Source: Bdellovibrionota bacterium
Lineage (GTDB): Bacteria; Bdellovibrionota_C; UBA2361
NCBI GenBank assembly: GCA_044352465.1
Contig: JBILDU010000064.1
Coordinates: forward strand, 1-17,804
Direction: 5' to 3'
Length of the DNA: 17,804 nucleotides
In this document: one piece after another, positions 8,565-17,804 of the stretch
Numbering within the stretch: position 1 is the stretch's first letter
Layout: every line of letters starts with the position of its first letter
Made by a program: the position numbers and the translations under genes
The notes under the pieces: generated by a model
Told to the model about the DNA's origin: nothing
The model's input: only the letters and a program-made list of their open reading frames with translations
The model's database searches: none

Positions 8565-9448
8565 AATCCGAGGACTCGCTTCAAGAGCTCGATAGTCGCA
8601 GGCTCGGCCGGCGTCAGCGGGAGTCGCGTGGTGGGGAAACGAATGAGCCCCTTAAGACACAACGCTGCCTTGATAGGAATCGGATTCGTCTCGGTGAAGA
8701 CAGCCCGCGCGAGCGGAAGCATTTCGCGCTGAAGATCGCGTGCGGCTCGCCATTCCTCCGCGAGCGCTGCCGCCGTCAGCCGCGAAACCAGTTGCGGGGC
8801 GACGTTCGCCACCACAGAGACCGCGCCAACGCCACCGCTCGCCATCGTGGCGTGAATTAAGGAATCCTCTCCGGACAGGAGCGCCAGGCGGTCCCCCACC
8901 AGCGCCAGAATGTCCAGCACTTGGTCCATCGAGCCGGAGGACTCCTTCAGCGCAACGATAATCCCCGCATCGACGAGGCGGGCCACGGTCTTGGGCAAAA
9001 GGTTACTCCCCGTCCGCCCCGGAACGTTGTAGGCCACGATCGGAGTATCCACGGCCGCATGAACCGCTGCGAAGTGAGCGAATAGGCCGTTCTGAGTGGG
9101 CTTATTGTACGGTGGGGTAACGAGCAAAATACCGTCAACGCCACTGTCGGACAGGAATCGCGCTAACTCAACCGCGCGGCTCGTGCTACTTGCTCCAATA
9201 CCTCCGATAACTTGGGCGCGCCCGGAGACGTGCTTCTGAGCAAATGACACAACGGCGCGATACTCTTCCTCAGACAAGGTCGCGGTCTCGCCGGTCGAGC
9301 CACACACGACGACCCCGCGAACGCCGCCCTCGATCTGAAAGTCGAGGAGCTCACGAAACGAACCGTAGTCAACCTCCGACCCGCTCTCATTAAACGGCGT
9401 CACGATCGCCGGATATGTTCCGCAGAAGACGGGCTGGAGAGACTTCAT
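8561..9448 (-). CDS. dapA: 4-hydroxy-tetrahydrodipicolinate synthase
   Basis: AIVTPF, CGSTGE, PPYNKP, YNVPGRTG, Schiff-base Lys in ALKESSG, LSGED, ETNPIPIK. ATG9448 has a GGAGG SD and a TGATG overlap with the upstream gene. Confidence 0.96.
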   Translation of the reverse strand: MKSLQPVFCGTYPAIVTPFNESGSEVDYGSFRELLDFQIEGGVRGVVVCGSTGETATLSEEEYRAVVSFAQKHVSGRAQVIGGIGASSTSRAVELARFLSDSGVDGILLVTPPYNKPTQNGLFAHFAAVHAAVDTPIVAYNVPGRTGSNLLPKTVARLVDAGIIVALKESSGSMDQVLDILALVGDRLALLSGEDSLIHATMASGGVGAVSVVANVAPQLVSRLTAAALAEEWRAARDLQREMLPLARAVFTETNPIPIKAALCLKGLIRFPTTRLPLTPAEPATIELLKRVLGL

Positions 9449-10077
9449 CAATCAACCTCCAGCGCGTCTTCCCCAACTGAGGTCTCAAGCAATGTGCCCT
9501 CAAGGTCAGAGAGCGGCACTGCGGAGATGGTGCTCTCGCCCCGCTGAAAAGAGACTCGCACCCCTTCACGTACGAGGCCTTCGATGCCTCCTTGATTGAT
9601 CGGAACGACCTTATAAAGATAGGCCTCTCCCGGCTTCACAGTTGTGTCGAGGAACGTAAAGCGAGTGAGTGCGGGATCTCCCTTGACGTGCCGAGGGTTA
9701 CGTCCCTCAGCTCGAGCGGCATTGCGAAGCTTGCCGAGAACCGCGAGGTGCGTATCCTCAATGAATGCGCTCTCTTGAAACGACACCGCGCCTTTCGCCT
9801 GCTCCTGACCAGGCTCCGCTGAGCCAGTCGCTCCGACCGGCAACGTGGCCCGAACGACTCTGTAACCATCGATCGACTTCAGCTCGCGAGAACGCACATC
9901 CTTTGATGGCGCGCGCCACGACAACAAAAGACCGGCGCCTTCGTTTCGCGCGGCCAGATCCGTCACCTCAGCTGGCCCGAAAACCTCCGGTGGGAGAGGA
10001 CGACCGTACTTGCCACACCCAATGAGGGGGGAGACCAGAAAAGAGACCAGAACGGTTCGCAACAGCACTCGAAACAT
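9448..10077 (-). CDS. Lipoprotein with LptM/LppL-like N-terminal motif and fibronectin type III-like domain
   Basis: Signal peptide II with lipobox LIG|C21, then CGKYGRPLPPE. FN3-like pattern P.EVTDL....LLLSW..P...IDGYRVVR...FLDTTVKPGEAYLYKVVPIN. GAGG SD. Confidence 0.7.
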   Translation of the reverse strand: MFRVLLRTVLVSFLVSPLIGCGKYGRPLPPEVFGPAEVTDLAARNEGAGLLLSWRAPSKDVRSRELKSIDGYRVVRATLPVGATGSAEPGQEQAKGAVSFQESAFIEDTHLAVLGKLRNAARAEGRNPRHVKGDPALTRFTFLDTTVKPGEAYLYKVVPINQGGIEGLVREGVRVSFQRGESTISAVPLSDLEGTLLETSVGEDALEVD

Positions 10078-10114
10078 AGAACCTCACACAGTGGACGGTG
10101 TGCCTCGGAGCGGC

Positions 10115-12391
<2,277 letters not shown>

Positions 12392-12417
12392 CCTTAACCA
12401 CGAAAAGTCAGAAATTT

Positions 12418-12445
12418 AATATAGTTATGACTGCGAAAAAAACAA
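12418..12445 (-). promoter_or_regulatory. Putative rpoD-proximal promoter
   Basis: Minus strand TTGTTT (12445-12440), 16-nt spacer, TATATT (12423-12418), in an AT-rich spacer. Confidence 0.45.
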
Positions 12446-12464
12446 GCCACGAACAGAGCGGCTT
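12436..12464 (-). terminator. Intrinsic terminator-like hairpin between dnaG and rpoD
   Basis: Minus strand AAGCCGC-UCUGUUC-GUGGCUU followed by GUUUUUUU, 18 nt after the dnaG stop. Confidence 0.65.
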
Positions 12465-12482
12465 AACGCCCTGGCAAACCAC

Positions 12483-14372
12483 TCACCCCCCGGCGATCCG
12501 CTTCGTCAGGGCAACTTTCTCTTGGAGAAGCGCTATCTTCTCGTTCTCATCCGGGCAAGTCAAAATCAGCCGATCAATATCCTTAACCGCTTGATTCAAC
12601 TTGCTTTTTACAATGCTACGCCGACACTCCTCAAACGTGCGGGCGAAGTCTACCGCGGGGTCATCGATCATCTGGTATGATCTCTTCCAATGTGCGGTCC
12701 ACGTCTCGTCGAAGTCCTTGAGAAGCGCTTTAAGGGCCTCTCTTTTTTTTCCATCATCGCCAGCACCCCGCTCCAAAGCCTCGCCCACCCCCTGCACGAA
12801 ACGGAGAGTGGCGGGCGCAACGTTGAGACAGAGGTCGGCATCGTGCAAAATCTTCCCCAAGAGATCGCCTCGCCGCTGTAGCACGAGGCCGATAAGGGCC
12901 CCCACAAGCTCTTGATCGACCCGCGGTAGATCCTCGATCCGGGACTTTCCGCCCTCGGTGTCGCTTGGCTTCGACCCTCCACCGGTTACAGCAGACTGGG
13001 CGATCTCCTGTCCCACGGAGCTACGGGACTCAGGGCGTCCCCCCGGGCGACTGGTTGAGACCATCTCGCCGAGCTGTGCCGCATCGATCATTAAACGCAA
13101 GCTCGCTTGCTGCACGAGCTCCGCCTGTTCGATTCCGTTCTTCACCCGCGCCAGAAGCTCCGCCACCTCGGTGGCTATTTTTCCCTTCGCCGCGGCACCG
13201 AGGCCCCGCGCGTCCTCAGCCCCATGTCGACGCACGACCCCCCGAACGTAGCAGTCGAGGAGCGAGACTCGCTCGAGCGAGGCGATGTAAGCCGCGCTAC
13301 CCTCACCATGAGCCCGGGCAATAGAATCCGGATCATCCTCCTCCGGGAGAAAGACCGCGTGCGCATCGAGTCCTGAATTCAAAAACAAGGGAAACGTCTT
13401 GGCGGCAGCAGCTCGTCCCGCCGAATCGCCGTCAAACAACACCACCACTCGATTTACGAGAAGCGCGAGTCGCCGCACGTGGTTCTCAGTCACCGCGGTG
13501 CCGCAGGTGGCAACCACATTTCGGACCCCGGCTTGCCACAAGCCCACCACATCCATATACCCCTCGACGAGATAGAGTTCAGCGGAGTCCCTAATTGCAT
13601 GAAGAGCTTGAGGAAGGCCGTAAAGGATCTTGTTCTTTTGGTACGCCGGATTCTCCGGGGAATTAAGATATTTCGGAAGCGTCTTAAGGACCTCTGGTTC
13701 GACCAAGGCGGGGATGACGCGCCCCCCAAAGCCAGCGATATGCTTTCGATCCATCATTATTGGGAAGATCAGCCGACCACGAAATCCGTCGTACACCTCG
13801 CCGCGGGCGTTGCGGCGAACGAGCCCTGCGGCGATCGCTACCTCAAGTGGAGCTTTGTGGCTTCGTAAGAAATCCACAAGCGCGGCTCTGCCGCGCGGAG
13901 CGAAGCCGATACCAAACTCGGTGATAGTCTCAGGCCTCAGGCCTCGCTCGACGAGATATCGTGCCGCTACGGGCTCAGCTTCCTTGAGTTGCTGAACGAA
14001 AAATCTTTGCGCGAGGGCGTTCACCTTAAAAAACACCTCCCGCCCGCCGGCAGTACCGCGTTCCGTCGAACTCGCCCGCCCCTCCCTTCGAACCTCGACT
14101 CCAAAGCGTGTGGCTAATTCCTCAACCGCCTCGGGAAAGGACAAGCCCCTTGTTTCCATCACAAAGGAGAGCACGTTGCCCGAGGCACCGCAGCCAAAAC
14201 AACGGTAATAACGCCCATGGTCGCGGATATGAAAGGACGGGGTCTTCTCCGCATGAAAGGGGCACAATCCCGAAAAATTGGTGCCCTGACGTTTCAGTGC
14301 GACGGTCTCACCGATCACCTCCACGAGGTTCGCCCGCTCCTTGATCTCTTCAATCGTTTTTGGTGAGATCAT
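12483..14372 (-). CDS. dnaG: DNA primase
   Basis: CHC2 Zn finger CPFH..KTPSF..CFGC, FRGRLIFPI, GFGGR, KYLNSPE, TOPRIM VEGYMDV, FDGDSAG and DPD. Located directly upstream of rpoD. Confidence 0.97.
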   Translation of the reverse strand: MISPKTIEEIKERANLVEVIGETVALKRQGTNFSGLCPFHAEKTPSFHIRDHGRYYRCFGCGASGNVLSFVMETRGLSFPEAVEELATRFGVEVRREGRASSTERGTAGGREVFFKVNALAQRFFVQQLKEAEPVAARYLVERGLRPETITEFGIGFAPRGRAALVDFLRSHKAPLEVAIAAGLVRRNARGEVYDGFRGRLIFPIMMDRKHIAGFGGRVIPALVEPEVLKTLPKYLNSPENPAYQKNKILYGLPQALHAIRDSAELYLVEGYMDVVGLWQAGVRNVVATCGTAVTENHVRRLALLVNRVVVLFDGDSAGRAAAAKTFPLFLNSGLDAHAVFLPEEDDPDSIARAHGEGSAAYIASLERVSLLDCYVRGVVRRHGAEDARGLGAAAKGKIATEVAELLARVKNGIEQAELVQQASLRLMIDAAQLGEMVSTSRPGGRPESRSSVGQEIAQSAVTGGGSKPSDTEGGKSRIEDLPRVDQELVGALIGLVLQRRGDLLGKILHDADLCLNVAPATLRFVQGVGEALERGAGDDGKKREALKALLKDFDETWTAHWKRSYQMIDDPAVDFARTFEECRRSIVKSKLNQAVKDIDRLILTCPDENEKIALLQEKVALTKRIAGG

Positions 14373-14539
14373 GTATCTTCGCTATCCGTCTTACGAAACT
14401 TTTCCAGCTCGAATGAGGCCATCAATCGCCCCTATCCCTACATGGCTCAGCCACTCATTTGTGGACCGCACCGTCAGTGACGCGGCGACGATAAGTCAGT
14501 GATCCCGCGCACCTTCCGCGCGGAGCCCCGGAGACTTAC

Positions 14540-15733
14540 TTAGCGGACCGACCGAACCACCGCAGCGATACCTTGCCCACCCCCCACGCAGAGAGTTGCA
14601 AGGCCGAGACTCTTGCCGGTGCGACGGAGGTGGTGAAGCAGGGTTACGACGATGCGGGCGCCGCTCGCTCCGATCGGATGGCCCAGTGCGATCGCCCCAC
14701 CCCCGATATTCGTACGCTCTGGGGAGAGCTCGAGCGCGCGCGCCACCGCCAAAGCCTGAACCGCAAAAGCCTCATTAGCTTCCACCAGATCAAACGCACC
14801 GACTTCTAGTTTGGTCTTTCGACACACCGCCTTGACGGCTTCCACCGGTCCGATGCCCATAATCTCCGGCTCAACCCCCGACGACGCCCAACCAACGAGC
14901 TCGGCGAGGGGTGTGAGCTTTAACTCGTTAACTCGCCGCTCGGACATCAACACGACAAAAGCGGCACCATCATTAATCCCCGAGGCGTTCCCCGCAGTAA
15001 CCGTCCCGTCCTTCTTAAAAGCCGGCTTGAGCTTCGCGAGGCCCTCAACGGTGGTAGTACCCCGTACATACTCATCCACCTCAAATCGCAGCGGATCTTT
15101 ACCCCGCTGTTCAATCGAAACCGGAGCGATCTCCTCTTTGAACCACCCGCTTGTGATAGCTATTCCAGCGCGACGCTGGCTCTCCGCCGCGTACTGATCT
15201 TGCTCGTGTCGGGTGATTCCGAAACGCTCAGCGAGATTCTCTGCGGTGATTCCCATGTGATAGCCGTGAAAAACGTCGGTGAGACCGTCGTTAATCATCG
15301 CGTCGTTGAGGGAGAGGTGCCCGAGCCGCGCCCCCCACCGAGCGCCCAGAGTCGTGAAGGGAGCTTGAGACATACTCTCCACCCCCCCAGCCAGGACAGC
15401 CTCCGCATCTCCGAGAGCTATCGCCTGAGCCCCAAGGGTAATCGCTTTAAGACCGGACCCACAAACTTTGTTCACGGTATAGGCCGGAACCCCTACAGGG
15501 AGCCCCGAGCGAAGACAGACCTGCCGGCCGATGTTCATACCGTGGCCAGCCCCGAGAACGTTACCGACGATTACTTCGTCGACCGTCGCTCCCTCAGCTC
15601 GAGCGCCGAAGGCCTTTTCGAGAGCACCTTGGGCCACCACACGACCGAGCTCCGCTGGCGAGGTCCCTATGAGGGTGCCCCCGAAATTGCCGATGGCGCT
15701 CCGGGTCGCCGCAACGATAAAGACCTTATTCAT
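14540..15733 (-). CDS. Acetyl-CoA C-acetyltransferase (thiolase)
   Basis: NKVCGSG (nucleophile Cys), GGVESMS, MGITAENLA, TAGNASGINDGAA, NEAF, GHPIGASG, CVGGGQG. Start is ATG15733 (MNKVFIV) with a purine-rich SD (GGAGAGGGG). Confidence 0.95.
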   Translation of the reverse strand: MNKVFIVAATRSAIGNFGGTLIGTSPAELGRVVAQGALEKAFGARAEGATVDEVIVGNVLGAGHGMNIGRQVCLRSGLPVGVPAYTVNKVCGSGLKAITLGAQAIALGDAEAVLAGGVESMSQAPFTTLGARWGARLGHLSLNDAMINDGLTDVFHGYHMGITAENLAERFGITRHEQDQYAAESQRRAGIAITSGWFKEEIAPVSIEQRGKDPLRFEVDEYVRGTTTVEGLAKLKPAFKKDGTVTAGNASGINDGAAFVVLMSERRVNELKLTPLAELVGWASSGVEPEIMGIGPVEAVKAVCRKTKLEVGAFDLVEANEAFAVQALAVARALELSPERTNIGGGAIALGHPIGASGARIVVTLLHHLRRTGKSLGLATLCVGGGQGIAAVVRSVR

Positions 15734-15750
15734 GCCCCTCTCCAGCCCCC

Positions 15751-16254
15751 TCAACGCTCAACCGCCTCGGTACTTTCCTCGATGTAGTCGATGAAGATCT
15801 CGGTTATCTCGTATTCCCGAACTCCCGCGGGCAGTTGAACCCGCGCCACATCCCCCTGCTCCTTGCCGATAAGCCCGCGCCCGAGCGGCGACTCGATCGA
15901 GATCCACCCCCGGTCAACATCCGACTCATCCGCGCCGACAATAGAAAGTGCTCGAACCTCCCCCGAGTTCATATCTTCGATCCGCACCGAGACGCCGAAA
16001 ACCACCTTACCCGGCTGTCCCAGCTTGCGTGGGTCTATTATCTCAGCCATGGAGAGCTTGGCTTCGAGGTCGCGAATCTTCGCCTCGGTCATCCCCGATT
16101 TCTCCTTCGCTGCATCGTAGTCCCCGTTCTCCGAGAGATCGCCGTGGCCGCGGGCAACTTCGATAGCCCGAGCGAGCTCCGGCCGGGTCGCCTTTAAGCG
16201 TTGGAGCTCAGCTCGCATGGCGTTATAACCCCGCGGGGTGATCGGTCGCTTCAT
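15751..16254 (-). CDS. greA: Transcription elongation factor GreA
   Basis: PITPRGY..., ARGHGDLSENGDYDAAKE (catalytic D/E), VVFG, IVGADE, ISIESPLGRGLIGK. ATG16254 has a GAGG SD. The carB-greA adjacency is a known conserved arrangement. Confidence 0.95.
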   Translation of the reverse strand: MKRPITPRGYNAMRAELQRLKATRPELARAIEVARGHGDLSENGDYDAAKEKSGMTEAKIRDLEAKLSMAEIIDPRKLGQPGKVVFGVSVRIEDMNSGEVRALSIVGADESDVDRGWISIESPLGRGLIGKEQGDVARVQLPAGVREYEITEIFIDYIEESTEAVER

Positions 16255-16318
16255 CGAAATGTTTCCTCTAAAGTCCCAAATATTCAAAGGTTTGAGCTTG
16301 CCCGGTCGCGGGAGGCGC

Positions 16319-17804
16319 CTATCGACCGCCCGTATGATAGTCTTGCAGGGAGCAGACTTCAAGCAAACTTCCTGACTGAACTATCGCGATAGCATCAACA
16401 GCAGCGGCCGCAGCGGCGAGGGTGGTAAAGGTCGGGACCTTCAACTCGTTTGCGACCAGCCGAATCGAACGGGAGTCGAGAAACGGTCCGGAGCCCTCCG
16501 GGGTGTTAATGACGAGCGCTATCTCCCCTCGGCCGATCAGGTCAACGATATGTGGTGAGCCCTCGCGAACCTTCCGTACCGGCTCAACCTCGATGCCATA
16601 ACCCGAGAGAAACTGGGCGGTTCCTCCGGTCGCCACGAGGGTGAACCCCAGGTCCCGCAGCTTACGGGCGAGACCGATCGCCTCCGGCTTATCCGCCTCG
16701 CACACGCTCAGGAAAACCTTACCTCCAGTTGGAAGCGTCGTACCTGAGGCGTACTGGGACTTCGCAAACGCGCCGGCGAACCCGCGGTGAATCCCCATTA
16801 CTTCGCCGGTCGACTTCATCTCCGGTCCGAGAATTGTATCGACCCCCTGAAACTTACTGAAGGGAAACACACACGCCTTCACGGCGACGTAGTTCGTCGT
16901 GGGGGGCTCAGCGATCCCGAGCTCCGCCAGAGTCTTCCCGGCCATAACCCGAGCCGCCACCTTCGCCCACGGAATCCCGGTCGCTTTACTCACAAAGGGC
17001 ACGGTCCTCGAGGCACGCGGGTTCACCTCAAGGATATAAACCTCCCCCTCCCGTGAGACCGCGAACTGTATGTTCATGAGACCCACAACGTTGAGAGCTC
17101 GCGCGAGGATCTTTGCCTGGGCGCGGATCTCCGCCACAACACCGGCGGGGAGTGTTTGCGGGGGCAGGCAACACGAGCTGTCGCCGGAGTGGATTCCCGC
17201 TCGCTCGATATGTTCCATCACCCCTGCGATGACGACCTCGGTTCCGTCCGAAACCGTGTCGACGTCCACTTCGATAGCGTTATCGAGAAAGCGATCAAGC
17301 AGGACTGGCCGCTGATGCGATACCGTCACGCATTCAGCCATGTACGCCGCAAGGTCGTCCGCGGAATATATAACCCGCATTGCTCGACCACCCAAAACAA
17401 ACGACGGCCGAATCATTAATGGAAAACCGATCTGCTTCGCTGCTTCGAATGCTTCGGCCGCGGAACGAGCGGTCGCGAATTTCGGCTGCCGGAGCCCCAG
17501 ACTCGTCACAAGCTCAGAGAATCGCTCCCGGTCCTCAGCGATGTCGATAGACTCAACCGAAGTGCCGATAATGGGCACTCCCGCCCGGCGCAGTTCGTTC
17601 GCCAGCTTCAAGGGTGTCTGACCACCGAACTGAACGATCACCCCGTACGGTTTCTCCCGCTCCACAATCGAGAGCACCGACTCGAGTGTCAGCGGCTCAA
17701 AGTACAACCGATCGCTAATGTCGTAGTCGGTCGACACCGTTTCGGGGTTACAATTAACCATAATCGCTTCGTACCCGTCCTCACGAAGCGCCAAAACCGC
17801 ATGG
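16319..17804 (-). CDS. carB: Carbamoyl-phosphate synthase large subunit, C-terminal half (gene begins beyond the right edge)
   Basis: NCNPETVSTDYD, QFGGQTPL, RPSFVLGGRAM, MEHIERAGIHSGDS, EVNPRASRTVPF, LGPEMKSTGEVMG, and an MGS domain (ATGGT..V.KV.EG.PHIVD..LVINTP). Confidence 0.98.
   Translation of the reverse strand, partial: HAVLALREDGYEAIMVNCNPETVSTDYDISDRLYFEPLTLESVLSIVEREKPYGVIVQFGGQTPLKLANELRRAGVPIIGTSVESIDIAEDRERFSELVTSLGLRQPKFATARSAAEAFEAAKQIGFPLMIRPSFVLGGRAMRVIYSADDLAAYMAECVTVSHQRPVLLDRFLDNAIEVDVDTVSDGTEVVIAGVMEHIERAGIHSGDSSCCLPPQTLPAGVVAEIRAQAKILARALNVVGLMNIQFAVSREGEVYILEVNPRASRTVPFVSKATGIPWAKVAARVMAGKTLAELGIAEPPTTNYVAVKACVFPFSKFQGVDTILGPEMKSTGEVMGIHRGFAGAFAKSQYASGTTLPTGGKVFLSVCEADKPEAIGLARKLRDLGFTLVATGGTAQFLSGYGIEVEPVRKVREGSPHIVDLIGRGEIALVINTPEGSGPFLDSRSIRLVANELKVPTFTTLAAAAAAVDAIAIVQSGSLLEVCSLQDYHTGGR

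Noticed and set aside
15734..15754. Thiolase start at TTG15754
   Set aside because: ATG15733 has a better SD and matches the typical thiolase N-terminus.
16255..16318. Possible greA leader attenuator
   Set aside because: Only weak 4-6 bp stems and no convincing U-tract.
16255..16362. 36-aa N-terminal extension of GreA in the ORF track
   Set aside because: It overlaps the carB 3' end. ATG16254 has an SD and gives a normal-length GreA.

Overview
GC-rich bacterial chromosomal window, almost entirely housekeeping genes. A run of 13 minus-strand genes reads, in transcription order (right to left): carB (5'-truncated), greA, thiolase, dnaG, rpoD, a lipoprotein with an LptM/LppL-like N-terminus, dapA, dapB, an IclR regulator, an acyl-CoA dehydrogenase, and a three-gene AttE/FG/H-like module (ABC ATPase, FtsX-type permease, secreted lipocalin/AttH-like protein). 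This run converges on a plus-strand secreted HExxH metallopeptidase. At the extreme left is the 5' end of a class I fructose-bisphosphate aldolase on the minus strand (118..<1), which the ORF track does not list. The IclR N-terminus and gene content suggest a deltaproteobacterial/Bdellovibrionota-like lineage (inference). I see no tRNA/rRNA, CRISPR array, IS, prophage or defence system, and no clearly new system. The best second-look items are regulatory (terminator, promoter and palindrome between dnaG and rpoD; structured repeat-rich spacer upstream of dnaG; palindromes upstream of iclR) or architectural (long basic RpoD N-extension, LptM-like lipoprotein coupled to dapA, Att-like exporter beside acyl-CoA dehydrogenase/IclR).
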